64,000 nucleotides of DNA from Heptranchias perlo (GCF_035084215.1 NC_090363.1:5766001-5830000), one strand, 5' to 3'; numbered from the stretch's first letter, positions 1 through 12,920 are shown. A program made the numbers and translations. Notes: a model not told the origin generated them from the letters alone.

Positions 1-1254
1 AGGTATAGGTCTTGTGACTACAAACAAACTTTAAGTGGGAGTTGCTGGAAAATCTCGCAACCATCATCTAGGAGGGACCTGTCCAGTCGTGGAATGATCT
101 ACTTAAGTTAATTTAGCTGTTTTGAAAGCTGAGGAAGATGCTCTTTTGGTCTGTAAATGTCTGTTGTATGAATGGGAAGTAACTCGGGACAGCAGGGTTC
201 TTGGCAAATCGAGGCCTCTGAACAGGATCATACTGTGGATGATCACAAGACTCCCTAATGCTCAAGACCAGAAGAAAAGAATGACAGAGACTGCTGATTG
301 TTGGTGTGTTTTTTTTTTTCCCCCCCTCTGTGCTTTACAAGAAAAGTGGTGATGCTCACTGCCCCATGCTGATGGGCACCATCGTGACATTGTCTGGGGA
401 TTGCTCCCAGTCCTACATTACTGTACTTATTTAAGGCAAAGACAATGGTGCTTTTACATTTCGTATAGTACCGTTCGTATACAGGAATGTTTTTTTGAAT
501 GCTCTAGAAGGCGTGGAGGTGGGGCCATGAGCGAGAGGGCGGGAGGAGGAGTTATAGGGGGAGGCCGAACACTTGGTCAATGACCATCATTTTTGAAAGG
601 AGGCATTGACATCGAGTCCAAGTGGTCTTGGAGTAAATTCCAGAGGCAGAAGCCCAGTGATACTCATTCCCTGCTCAATGGAGAAATAATCCAGAGTTGG
701 GAGGGTGCAGACTTGAGCGAGTCACTTAATATGTCAAATATTATTTCTATAATTGATAACCCTGGTGACTAATAAAAACAATGTGGGCGACTACTTGTGT
801 TGTCTATTTACTACAATTATTTCTTTTTCCTCTAACTTCTCCTGATCGCATTGGACTTCTCAGTGACCCTGCCTCTCTGTGGCTGGGTTTTGAGTTATTC
901 TTGGCATTGATCTGGAATTTTATCTGATGGACATGGTAGAACTTTGAAGTGCTGTGAGGCGGCATTGATTTTTAAATGCAGGCAGGGGGCTGGTTGAAAG
1001 ACCAGTACAGTAAATATGATGTTTTATGGTGTGGGTACGTGACACTCGACCCCCGAGATGGGCTGGTGCTTTGTGCGGTGATGGGTCCCGACGTTTATTG
1101 ACCAAGCTGTGATTTAAAGGCTTAAAATACTGAAATCTTCCCGAGAGGCCACTTGACTTGGAAGTGTTAAAATCTGTTTGACCAGATGCTCTGCCCATCA
1201 ACACAAAAATACAGTTGTATTTGTACTCGGGAGTTTTGTAAACTCCTGAAGGTG

Positions 1255-1682
1255 CTGTACCCATCAGCCCCCTGTGCTCGCTGACCTACATTGGCTTCCG
1301 ATCCAGCAATGCCTCACATTTAAAATGCTCATTCTTCAAATTCCTCCATGGCCTCACCCCCCCCGCCATCTCTGTAACCTCCTACGACCCCCTGAGATCT
1401 CTGCACTCCTCCAATTCTGGGCTGTTGCACGTCCCCAATTTCCTTCGCTCCACCATTGGCGGACGTGCCTTTAGCCAACCGGGCCCTAAGTTCTGGAATT
1501 CCGTCCCTAAATCTCTCTCTCTCTTTAAGACACTCTCTTTAAAACCTACCTCTTTGAACAAGCACTTGGACACCCACCCTAATATCGCTTTGTGGCTCAG
1601 TCATTTTTTTTGTCTGATTTACGCTCCTAGGAAGCACCTTGGGCTGTTTTACTACATTAAAGGTGCTATATAAATGCAAGCT
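1255..1682 (+). mobile_element. L2 LINE 3' end
   Basis: LADLHWLPI..FK and GGRAFS..WNS motifs; GCTATATAAATGCAAG tail. Confidence 0.8.
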
Positions 1683-2269
1683 GTTGCTGACTCTTGCTGG
1701 GGTGTAGTTCCTCATATGCTGCCTGTCGCTCATTACCTTGGCTAAGTGACCTTTCTCACATAAGGTCTAGTTGGTGATGGGTTGATATTAATGGACTTCA
1801 GAATATTGTTCATTAGGCTACTCCCTTGCCCAGGATGCAGAGACCATTGTACCGGCCTGACCGTCCGCCTGGTTGATTTGCTTTTTTTTTAATGAGTTTA
1901 GGTGAGCTGGGGTTCATCACTCTGCCCAATTGAACGCTGCACTCCGACAGGGCACATCTGCTCTGCGGCGCTCCACTCTGCTCCAGGTCCCTGAGGATTA
2001 ATCAACTGCACAGAGAGAGCCTTGTGGTTGTGAGTCGACTGGAAGACCTGCGAGAGATTGATAATCAGCCTGTCTCTCTCTCTCTCTGGAACTGGCTTAG
2101 GGGCGACTGGTTTGTTCAGCGTTCTTTACTTTAAATCAGAGGGTTGGTGGCAGCTGGGGCGCTGCAGATGGGTGTCGAGACACCCCAGGTTCCCCACCTT
2201 GATTGAGGGGGAGGGTGGAGGGGACAATTGGGGCAGAAGGTTTGTCGAATCAAGAAAGAGGTGAGTAAT

Positions 2270-2716
2270 CATGTTAGTGGCATGTGCGCTCCTGAGTCAG
2301 AAAGTCATGGGTTCAAGTCCCCGCTCCAGGTACCTGAGCACAAAATCTCGGCTGACTCTCCCGGTGCAGTACTGAAGGAGTGCTGCACTGTTGCAGGTGC
2401 CGTCTTTTGGATGAGACATTAAACCGAGTCCCCGTCTGCCATCTTGGGTGGACTCAAAAGATCCCACTGCACTATTTGGGAGAAGAGCAGGATGTTTCTC
2501 CCCCAGTGTCCTGGCCAATATTTATTCGGCCAATATTTATTCAACCAACATCACTAAAAACATATTACCTGCTCAATATCACATTCCTGTTTGTGGGATC
2601 TTGCTGTGCGCAAATTGGCTGCTGCGTTTCCGACATTACAACAGTGACTACACTTCAAAAGGTACTCTATTGGCTGTAAAGTGCTTTGGAACATCGAGGT
2701 TGTGAAAGGCGCTCTA
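2270..2716 (+). mobile_element. tRNA-derived SINE (SacSINE1/Deu-like)
   Basis: B-box GGTTCAAGTCC, conserved core, L2-like tail. Confidence 0.8.
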
Positions 2717-2753
2717 TTTTCTCGCTGAACCTTTTTTTTAAGAAAAAGCTTGA

Positions 2754-2995
2754 GGGGGTGATTTTAACCCCCAAGTACAGATGGGTTGGGGGCGGGTGGG
2801 AGCTGAAAATAGTTTTTTTCGGTTGCGACTGCAACCAGGCTTTATTTCCGGGTTTAACTTGGGTGCATAAAATTCCAGGCTTCCCACCGGGAATGCAAAG
2901 ACCGAAAATTTTGCAGTTGCGACCCCAAAAAAAAAAGACTTTTCAACTCTCACCTGCCCCCAACCCACCTGTTCTTGGGGTTTAAAATCACCCCC
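2754..2995. mobile_element. ~240-bp MITE with long terminal inverted repeats
   Basis: GGGGGTGATTTTAACCCCCAAG...CTTGGGGTTTAAAATCACCCCC. Confidence 0.85.
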
Positions 2996-4147
2996 CACCC
3001 CCCGTGTCTGAGGAAAGGAGGATTGAGTGAATTGAGGTGTTGTAAGTTTGTGCAAGCTTTGGGAAAGAATATGCTAAAGTGGGGAGAGCGTGCAATGAGT
3101 CTTGATATCAATGAGTAGGAGGAGGAGATTGTGGGAAAGGCTATTTAGAGCTTAGATGGAACAAGAGTAATATTGCTAGTGATTTTTAAAATGGAGGGAG
3201 GAGAGAGAGAGACAGTCCGTGGCTACTTAACCATGGATCAGTGCAAAAGTAAATGAGGATCGAGTCTAAATTGTACTCTCTGCAGTGTGCCAAGTCCCCC
3301 TCCTGCTTTCCATTGTCTGTGTTTTTTCTGTTGAATAGGCAGTTGAGAGCAGCTGCTACACATTGACATAGTCAGCTGATAAACAGCAGGCCTTCCCTTG
3401 GGATTGTTGCAGCTTCTAACTCTCTCTCTCTTTCGGTGACGTGTTCTCTAGCAGTAAGGCGCACACGTGAGGTAACTGGAGGGCAGTGCGTTTTAAAGGG
3501 ACTGTTGACTGCACAAAGCCTGAGCGTTCGGTTTTGTTTTTTTTTAAAAAGGTGCGGTGTTTCTGTAAGAAATCCCCCTTGTTGGAGGGAGGAGGAGGCT
3601 GCAATAACTTTACTGTTAAAGTGATGTAATGTTATTTGTGGTGTCGCTTTGCCTTTTGCCAGTAATTTTTAATTGGGAGCCGTGCTCTGGGGAAGCTGGG
3701 TTCTGATTTGCTCTGTTGAAACCCAAATGTCTTTTATAAAACAGGTTTATGAAGCATAAAAGTGTTGAAAATTAACCCAAGTGTAAAAATTTTTTCCAGG
3801 GAGCTTTCATCCAGCCCCTGCCCGGATATGCACCATCATTTTGGGGGTGGGTGATAAGAGGGAAAGGAGGGGAGGTAATGTTCGAGATGGTTTGTTACAA
3901 TTGTAAGTTTGCTGCTTGCAGCTCTGACTAGAATGGTCATTTAATGTTGGGTCAAAATCTCCTATTGAGAAATAATTAATTTCCAAACATGGGAACTAGG
4001 AAATAATTATCCATAAAATAGAGCAGAAGTCCCTTTTCCAAGTGAGAGGGTAATGGGTTACCCACATGGTAGATCACCAAAAATACACCAAACAACCAAT
4101 TTACTGGAGTGGAAAGCCTTCTTATCCCCTAGAAAATAATTCTTGTT

Positions 4148-4590
4148 AGCTGTGGCTCAGTGGATAGTATACTCACTTCTGCATTGTGGGTTCAATTCCC
4201 ACTCCAGAGACTTGAGCACAAAATCTAGGCTGACACTCCCAGTGCCAGTAGTGAGGGAGCGCTGCATTGTCGGAGGTGCCGTCTTTCGGATGAAACGTTA
4301 AACTGAGGCCCCGCCTGCCGCCTCGGGGAGGCAAAAGATCCCACTATTTCGAAGGGGAGTTTGCCGTGGTATCCTGGCCAATATTTATCCCCCCACCCCA
4401 AATTTAAAAAAAAAATTAAATACAATCTGTTCGTTTATCACGTTGCTGTTTGTGGGATCTTGCTGTGCGCAAATTGGCTGTTGCGTTTCCTACATTACAA
4501 CAGTGACTACACTTCAAAAGTACTTCATTGGCTGTAAAGCACTTTAGGACGTCCCGAGGTGGTGAAAGGCGCTATATAAATGCAAGTTCG
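4148..4590 (+). mobile_element. tRNA-derived SINE (same family)
   Basis: A-box TGGCTCAGTGG, B-box, L2-like tail. Confidence 0.85.
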
Positions 4591-5571
4591 TTCTTTCGAC
4601 ACTTGTGTATTTTGTCAGGGTTCCATTTACTTAAACTGAAGAAATTTTGCATCTACCAACAGTGCACTTATAAGCCCATGTCCCACTGCACTTAGTGCAG
4701 TTACTTGCTACGTGTCATGGGCTTTTACGTAGGGCTGTTCTTTGAGTTGCCGAGCTTTTATTCGAGATGCTGGTCTGCCTTTGGTAGTTTTCTCGATTTG
4801 GGATATGTGGTCAAGTGAGTTGGGGGAGGGATGGGAGAATGAGCGGATGCACTGAAGGCAAGTTGGGAAGGGAGTTGTAAGGAATGTGCAGTGGGTTGGT
4901 TAGTGGCTGGAGTGAAATGGGAGTTGAGGCCTGTGGGAAAGGTATTCACCAGGCCAGGATTTATTGATGGGTTGCTTGGGACAGGGAATCACCTTGGGAG
5001 GATTATTCTGTGTGAAGGGCTGGAACAGTTTACTCACTGGAGGGAGGGGAATGTTCCCTGTCCAGCTGCTTTGAGACTGCTTGTTATGTTTCCTTGTGTA
5101 ACCTTGACTAACTTGTCCTTCCGTCTCCAATCGTTGGATGAATTCTTTGCTATATCTGCCGCCTTTGACCTATTATTGGGTTTCCTCTCCCTCTCTCTCT
5201 TGGCTTTGCTTCCTATGTCAAAGCTTGTTCAATTATAATTCATTTTTAGCTCTTGATTTCTCAGGTTAAAGTTCAAAAGGACATGATGGTGGGGGGGGGG
5301 GGGGGGGGGGCAGTGGTATATGATCTTTAACCTTCCCCCACCCCCTCTTTGCTTGGAGTTGTGGGAGAGAGGGTCTCCTTTATTAAAGTGTAGCAATGAT
5401 CAAACTGTAGATGTTGGTAACCATGTATCAATATCAATAATAGGCAAGCAGTCTGGCCTGTGGACAGATGTGCATCTAGCATCTGTACAGTTTGCTAAGT
5501 TGATGCGGCCTTCAGTTGGATGATGCATTTACAAGCCCTGCAAATTAAATTTATTTTTTTAAAAAAGGGCG

Positions 5572-5645
5572 TAACACTGCGGATGCTGGAAATCTGTTTT
5601 CCCAGCGTTTTCTGTTTTTATTTCAATCAGGTCGGGCAGCATCTG

Positions 5646-5676
<31 letters not shown>

Positions 5677-5900
5677 TTAATGTTTCAGGTCGATCACCTT
5701 TCGTCAGATGGGGAAGAAGTTTAAAAAAAAAAAAAAAAAAAAAAATTTTTTTAAGCAAATACCGAGTCAGGGGAAAGGGGGTGGAGGAAAGAACAAAAGG
5801 GAAGGTCTGTGATAGGGTGGCGGGCCAGGATGGAGGTGCGAGGCATAAGGGGATGGTAATGGGGAAGTAAAGGAACACAAGACTGGTCCAGAGGAGGTGT
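5572..5900 (-). mobile_element. Penelope-like element remnant with a degenerate hammerhead core
   Basis: CTGACGA-A-AGGT-GATCG-ACCT-GAAAC on the - strand; (GA)n tract. Confidence 0.5.
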
Positions 5901-7642
5901 ACACTTAAAAAAGCTTCCTTACTTTGAATTTTGCTACCTTGCCGTGATAGTGCGTTGAGATCTTTTCATTGTCTGTACCACAGAGGGTGTGGTGACTGCA
6001 ATATTGCTTGCTTCGAAATAAACCTGTTCCCTCTTGTTTCTTTTAAAAACAAAAGGTTCCTGTCGCAGGTCAGTCTGTAAATTCATCAGTGCAGAGCGGT
6101 AGGGAGTCACGCAGATGAGGCCTACGTTTGGCTGGTGTCAGCTGGGGTGCTACAATAGGCCTTCGCTCTCATTTAAGGGTTGCCAACCCTCCCAGGATTG
6201 TGCCTGGAGTCTCCAGGAATTGGAAATTTAATCTCCAGGGCACTGCTGCGAGCAACACTTGGGAGAAAAATTATAAAGGCAATTAAAAAAAAAAAAAGTT
6301 TTAATTTTCTTTGAACAGGAGTCTATAATATTGGGGCGGGGTCGTGTGGAGTGAGGGAGAGATGTTTGACTGTCAACAATCATCCAATTGGGTAATGGTC
6401 TTTTCGCCTTCCAATTGGCCATGGTGCTCTTGAGACTTGACATATCGAGTGACCAATGGTGGGAGTTGGAGGCAGGAGGTCGTGTGAGGCAACCTCCAGG
6501 AAATATGTTCAACCAGACATGGCTGTCTGGGGCTAGGGAGCCAGCAAATCAACCAGGGTTCCCGCTCCTGAACACTATTTAGCGCCCACTGTGTGTGTAT
6601 ACGAACTCCTGATGCTGCGCTTACCTGCACCCCCCCCCCCCCCCCCCCCCCCAAAACTCTCTTGGAGGGGGGGGGGGCGGGGGAAGAGAGAGAAGATAGA
6701 GGAGAGGCACCGACCCGGTTGCTTCTGTCTCCTCTCTCGTTCTTTTAGGCCCCAGCAACAAAGGAGGCTGCTTTTTTTTTCCCAATAAAATTTTAATTGG
6801 CAGCAGAAACTGTCTGACTGATCCCACAGGAGTACTCGTGGAAGGCTGAGCTTTAAAGTGACAGCATTTCCTCCACATGGAGGCCACTTTACTGAAGAGA
6901 GGCTACATTGCTAAACAGATAGCACGCTGTATAGTTGGCTGTTTACAGCTTGACCTCTGGTCTGTTAACACAAGTGGTCATTTTTTTTCAAAATAGAAAA
7001 AACTTGCATTCCTAAGGCATCTTTCACAACCTCAGGACGTCCCAAAGTGCTTTGCAGCCAAGTGTGATCACTGTTGGGGAAAGAATTTTTGCACAGAAAG
7101 ATAATGACCTTTTTTTAGTGGTGTTGGTTGGGGTATAAGTACTGGCCAGGACACCGGGGGATAACTCCTCAGCTCTTCGAATTAGCGGCCGTGGGATTTT
7201 TTTACGTCCAGCTGAGAGTTGGTTGTTTAACATCGTATCCGAAAGACCGGTTCTACAGGCTGGTGGGGAGAGTGTTGGGCTTTCTCACGTTTGGCCGGGG
7301 TATGATCTGGTTCTTAGCTGCTCACTGTACTTCTCGGCAAGGATCCTTGGACAGCGATCAGGAGTCTGAATCACTGACCCACCTCTACTGATCAGCCTCG
7401 TGATTGGGACCTCTCTGGACTTGTGCAGCTTAGTTCAGTGTGTGTTTACCTATTGTACCATTAATGGGAGCCTAGTGGCCATCTTTGTTTGTTTGAATAT
7501 GTTGCTGTAATAAAAATCTGTTCCACTTTCTTTAAGTTTTTCATTGAACAGCTGCTGGGAGAGGTGTTTGGCAGTGTTGAGTGGGGCCTCATGTTCCAGG
7601 CCAGCTGCTGGAATGTGTAAAGCCTTCACCCAATTTTCAGGT

Positions 7643-7985
7643 TTTTTTTATTCGTTCACGGGATGTGGGCGTCGCTGGCGAGGCCGGCATTTATTGCCCA
7701 TCCCTAATTGCCCTGGAGAAGGTGGTGGTGAGCCGCCGCCTTGAACCGCTGCAGTCCGTGTGGTGACGATTCTCCCACAGTGCTGTTAGGAAGGAAGTTC
7801 CAGGATTTTGACCCAGCGACGATCAAGGAACGGCGATATATTTCCAAGTCGCGATGGTGTGTGACTCGGAGGGGAACGCGCAGGTGGTGTTGTTCCCATG
7901 TGCCTGCTGCTCTTGTCCTTCTAGTTGGTAGAGGTCGCGGGTTTGGGAGGTGCTGTCGAAGAAGCCTTGGCGAGTTGCTGCCGGT
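7643..7985 (-). mobile_element. Same LINE family as 33846, 3' end
   Basis: Reverse complement of ~34340-34682. Confidence 0.85.
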
Positions 7986-8696
7986 GTATCTGGTCTCCCT
8001 GGTAAACCGCTGGCCTGGATTGGCACAGGGTTAGCTCGGGCTTTATGCTTTAAATCTCTGCATTGCTGTTTGTTTTTTTGTGAAAGCCTTTACCCCGGTG
8101 CAGGACCTGTGCTTGAAGCTTGGGAGCTGGGGAGGCGGAGATGATGTGCAGCCTCTCCACTGTTGATTTGACCTAAGGTTTCATAATGTGACTGAGCAAA
8201 ACAAAAATTTTTTTAACTAAATTTGGATGATATATTTTTCCTCCCCTCTCCTGGAGGTGCTGGAGTTGGTTGTCCAGGCAGATGATGTCCTCAGCCATGT
8301 TCTTCGGTGAGCCTGAACTGAGTTTATGGACGGGTTATTAGTCAGCGAGGCCTAGCCCAGTGCATGGGTCAACTTTCACTCCATGTACAAATGCATAACC
8401 CGACACAGACTGCATCCTGGCCGTTCTGGTTTTATGGATCATTCCCATTTACCCACTAGCCCATTTGGGGGAGCTGCTTAATCTTGCATTTTCAGTGTGA
8501 TTTTTTTTTTAGAAAAAAGGAGGCATTTTTTTTGTAGTCACCCTAAAATTCTGTCATTGTTTTCAGCAGAGCTGCGATGAGGTGCTCTACACATGATTGG
8601 AACAGCAGGCTGCTTGGGGGCGGAGATTGGGAGAGTTCAGGGATCGTGCGGGTGGTTTACATGCGGAGATTTGAGTGGCAGCTTTCTGTGTTGCAG

Positions 8697-8796
8697 GTGG
8701 AGACGGTGAAGTGTATTCTGGAAGAGCTGAAGCTGCGAGTGTATGAGGTGAAGGACGAGAAAGCCACACTCGACGGTAGTGATGTCTTGTTTACAG
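8697..8796 (+). CDS. DDAH2: DDAH2-type dimethylargininase, internal coding exon (VETVKCILEELKLRVYEVKDEKATLDGSDVLFTG)
   Basis: ttgcag acceptor and gtaacc donor; 100 nt, phase 0->1; DGxDVLFTG motif carrying the catalytic Asp. Confidence 0.93.
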
Positions 8797-8830
8797 GTAA
8801 CCGCTGGCTGTGTCGTCGCCGCCGCCGCTC

Positions 8831-8945
8831 GGGAATTTCCTCGCAGCCGCTCCTGCTCCGTCGCCGGAAATCCCGTTCGCTCCTAAACGGGGATGGCCGC
8901 AGCAAGCCAGGCGAAGTTACCAGGAGCGGCTCCGAGGAAAGTCCC
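8831..8945. promoter_or_regulatory. NF-kB site cluster in a CpG-rich intronic patch
   Basis: GGGAATTTCC (8831), GGAAATCCC (8866), GGAAAGTCCC (8936; reverse complement GGGACTTTCC). Confidence 0.55.
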
Positions 8946-9796
8946 GACCATTGGGGCATGGCTCCGTGGATGGCAGCAGGTCTCTGGTACCGCACGCGTG
9001 CCCGTTCTTCGTGCATGAACCCGCATCGGTGAATGTGGACAGACTATTCGACTGTGAGGGCATCACAGCCGACCTCATCCCATATCCCCACTTGTATTTT
9101 CCAGCAGTAATCACTGGAAAGTGATGAGCGATAAACCTGGCTTTGGGTTTTCTTCTTTCCTGCCCCCCCCCACTTCCAACTCAGAGACATGGATAAGCAA
9201 TAAACCTCCCCCACCCCCACAACTTGACCTGGTTCAGCTAACTTGACACAGGCTGGGGATCAGACTGCTGATCTCCTTAATTCAGACCTGCTCTAGCAGT
9301 GCAGTTATCCAGAAAGCCAATGGGCTAAGTCATCATTGTCTCCTTTTCAATTTAAAAATACGCCCAGAGCTATTTGTTCAATTTTTTTTAAAACCAGGGT
9401 TGCCTATGTTGGACTCAGTAATTCGTTCCAGCTAGCAGCCTATTGCAGGCTACGTCACCACAGAAGAGTAGCCCAGCTGCCTTCCACCATCTTGCTCAGT
9501 AACTCCACTCACCCAGCACCCTGACTCTATCTGCCGATATTAACCCAGCTCCCTCTTGCCATCTGGTTCTAGACACGAAAGGCATCAGGGGGTGTGGGGA
9601 GCGAGCGGGAATATGGTATTGAGATAGAGGATCAGCCATGATCATATTGAATGGTGGAGCAGGCTCGAATGGCCTACTCCTCCTATTTTCTATGTTTCTA
9701 TGGTTCAGTAACTCCTCTGAACACTTAAGGTGAAGGATGCATGTTCTGGGCAATCGAACACTTTCCCATTCTGACAAACTTGGATATTCACCAATG

Positions 9797-10062
9797 CTCC
9801 CAGGGCAAGTACAGCACAGGTTAGATACAGAGTAAAGCTCCCTCTACACTGTTCCCATCAAACACTCCCAGGGCAAGTACAGCACGGGTTAGATACAGAG
9901 TAAAGCTCCCTCTACACTGTCCCATCAAACACTCCCAGGGCAAGTACAGCACGGGTTAGATACAGAGTAAAGCTCCCTCTACACTGTCCCATCAAACACT
10001 CCCGGGGCAGGTACAGCACGGATTAGATACAGAGTAAAGCTCCCTCTACACTGTCCCATCAA
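9797..10062 (+). repeat. Minisatellite, ~4 x 67 bp
   Basis: Unit CTCCCAGGGCAAGTACAGCACGGGTTAGATACAGAGTAAAGCTCCCTCTACACTGTCCCATCAAACA; partial inverted copy at ~12353-12408. Confidence 0.95.
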
Positions 10063-11041
10063 TATGCTTTGGCCCCAATCTCATGCTTCCAAGTGACTCC
10101 TTGCAACATTTCTCCATCTTCCACACCAGCTGTCCAGTGTCCTGTCTGAAAGAAATTGTCAAACTGGGGACAGTTTCTGCTGTTGGTCCATGACCAGCAG
10201 GATTGAGACTGTCCGAATTTGTGTCTCACTGGGACCCTTTCAGTCAACAGGTAAGACGACTTATCCCATGCGAGACTTGTCGAAACTCTTTTATATTGGA
10301 TCGTGCGTCACATTGGTGTCCTCCTGCTCAGACCGTGCCCCCCCCCCCTGCTGGGACTGCGTACTCCACCCCAGCCCCAACACCACCATCTCTGCACAGC
10401 TCCTCCTGTTAGTCACTCAGGGAGTTGCACATTCTGATGGGGCTACTTTTTAATGGTTCTATTCTGGACTCCAAGAGGAAGTGGTTTTGTGAAACGCTGA
10501 CTCTGTGACTGAACGATTGAAGCCCCTTATTTTTTTTGGGGGGGGAACGGGTGGTTAAATTTCAGATCTTCAGGACTGGTTTGTAACCAGCTGGATTAAC
10601 CTTTCCATTGACATCTAATGCCCTGGGGGGTGGGGTTTAGATTTTGTCTTCCTCTCTCCTCGGGGTTGTAATCATGCAGCACAGAAAGAGGCCGTTCAGC
10701 CCATCGTGCCTGCGCTGGCTCTTTTTGAAAGAGCTATCCAATTAGCCCCACTCCCGCTGCTCTCTCCCCATAATCCTGCAAATTTTTCCCCTTCAAATAT
10801 TTATCCAATTCCCTTTTGAAAGTTACTATTGAATCTGCTTCCACCGCCCTTTCAGGCAGCGCATTCTAGATCAGAACAATTTGTTGCATTTATATATTCA
10901 ACTGCCCCAACTCCCGCATTCTTCTGCCATTTGATGCCTCTCCTTGCCATGTGAAGTCTCGTTTTAATTCCAATTCCTCTTCTCTCCACCCGCCCACCCT
11001 CCGCAAAAAACCTCTGACCAATCCCCCCTTTTCTGTTCCAG

Positions 11042-11115
11042 GGCGTGAGTTCTTTGTCGGCATCTCGAAATGGACCAACCTCAAAGGAGCGGAATTCGTG
11101 GCGGCCGCGTTCAAG
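11042..11115 (+). CDS. DDAH2: DDAH2 exon (REFFVGISKWTNLKGAEFVAAAFK)
   Basis: ttccag/gtgagt; 74 nt, phase 1->0; SKWTN matches DDAH2 (DDAH1 has SKRTN). Confidence 0.93.
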
Positions 11116-11363
11116 GTGAGTGGCAGGGGAACGCCCGTCGTGGGGGGTGGAGGTACCTGCTGGGGTGGGGGGAGGTGGAGGGAAAGGGAAATTGGGACTC
11201 TATTTGCTGATGATCCCTATGTGTTTGGGGAGAAGTTTATTCAGCAATTTGATGTACTTCAGTAATTGGGCTGTTGAGAGCTGATTGTAACGCATGGATC
11301 TCTCGTTTGATGACTAGGAAGGTTTGTGTTAATGGATCATTATCTCTTTTTGTGTTTCTGCAG

Positions 11364-11483
11364 GATTTTACTGTCTCCGTAGTGCAAGTCCCTGAACCCC
11401 ATCATTTGAAGAGTTTCTGCAGCATGGGAGGCCCCAACACCATTGTCGTCGGGAGTAGTGAGGCTGCTCGAAAGGCAATCAAG
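11364..11483 (+). CDS. DDAH2: DDAH2 exon (DFTVSVVQVPEPHHLKSFCSMGGPNTIVVGSSEAARKAIK)
   Basis: ctgcag/gtcagg; 120 nt; HLKSFCSM catalytic-His motif. Confidence 0.93.
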
Positions 11484-11625
11484 GTCAGGCGGGACCCTTA
11501 CTGTCAGCCCAACCCCGACCTCCCCTCCCAGTCCAGAGCCTGCTGATCCAGCTCCAGCATTAACCATCTATTTTCCCTCCTCTCAGTAGCCCTGGCTCCC
11601 CAGTGTCTTTGTGCCTCTTAATGGA

Positions 11626-12286
11626 TCACTGGATAGTGTGTGGGGATACTGACAGGGGGGTCACTGGGTAGTGTGTGGGGATACTGACAGGGGGGTCACT
11701 GGATAGTGTGTGGGGATACTGACAGGGGGTCACTGGGTAGTGTGTGGGGATACTGACAGGGGGTCACTGGGTAGTGTGTGGGGATACTGACAGGGGGGTC
11801 ACTGGGTAGTGTGTGGGGATACTGACAGGGGGGTCACTGGATAGTGTGTGGGGATACTGACAGGGGGGTCACTGGATAGTGTGTGGGGATACTGACAGGG
11901 GGGTCACTGGGTAGTGTGTGGGGATACTGACGGGGGTCACTGGGTAGTGTGTGGGGATACTGACAGGGGGGTCACTGGGTAGTGTGTGGGGATACTGACA
12001 GGGGGTCACTGGGTAGTGTGTGGGGATACTGACAGGGGGGTCACTGGGTAGTGTGTGGGGATACTGACAGGGGGGTCACTGGGTAGTGTGTGGGGATACT
12101 GACAGGGGGGTCACTGGGTAGTGTGTGGGGATACTGACAGGGGGTCACTGGGTAGTGTTTGGGGATACTGACAGGGGGTCACTGGGTAGTGTGTGGGGAT
12201 ACTGACAGGGGGGTCACTGGGTAGTGTTTGGGGATACTGACAGGGGGTCACTGGGTAGTGTGTGGGGATACTGACAGGGGGGTCAC
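11626..12286 (+). repeat. G-rich minisatellite, ~19 x 34-35 bp
   Basis: Unit TCACTGGGTAGTGTGTGGGGATACTGACAGGGGG(G). Confidence 0.97.
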
Positions 12287-12514
12287 CCTAACCTGAGGTG
12301 TAGTAGTCAATATGCCCCTTGTAGCCACATTGGCTGGGGGTTTTGTGACTTGTGTAGAGGGAGCTTTACTCTGATGTACCTGCCCTGGGGTGGACGATGA
12401 TGGGACAGGGTGTTTTTCCATTAGGCTGTGGACGAGCGATTACAGAATCAGGCCCGTTGTTTCCCGAATAGTTTCCTTGCTCACTTTTCTTCCCCCTTAT
12501 CCCTTTCTGGACAG

Positions 12515-12658
12515 GCAATGGAGCAGCTGACAGACTATCAGTACGACAAGCTGAGTGTGCCGGATGACTCCGCAGCCAATTGCATCTATGCACGAGTTGG
12601 TAATAAGAGCAACTTTCTGGTCCATCGGACGGCAGAGGAGTTTCCGGAAAGTTCAACG
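12515..12658 (+). CDS. DDAH2: DDAH2 exon (AMEQLTDYQYDKLSVPDDSAANCIYARVGNKSNFLVHRTAEEFPESST)
   Basis: ggacag/gtagat; 144 nt; PDDxAANCIY and LVHR motifs. Confidence 0.92.
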
Positions 12659-12920
12659 GTAGATATTTATTTTGGTTGCTTCCTTTGTTGAACGATCGGA
12701 GCAGCGGCCCTTGGAATAACATCTGCCTGGGATTATTCCTCTGTGGCCTGTCTGTTTTTAGGGGTGCGGGGAGGGCAGGAGGGGATATGACTGCCCCTCC
12801 AGTATTGTGATGCTTTATACCACAAATAGGGTTAGGTTCAAACGGTGCGAAGCCAGAGATGGTGTTTATACCACAGCTATTGGGACCTCCTCCAACGTTC
12901 CTGGAGTGCTGTTGGGTGGT

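Noticed and set aside
6176-6500. GC-box and CCAAT cluster as a promoter
   Set aside because: Lies within an AGGGTTGCCAAC...GGCAACC-bounded repeat-like element; no linked exon found
1-8696. First coding exon of DDAH2
   Set aside because: No ORF with the N-terminal DDAH motifs (DTAV, ALITRP) was found; it probably lies upstream of the window
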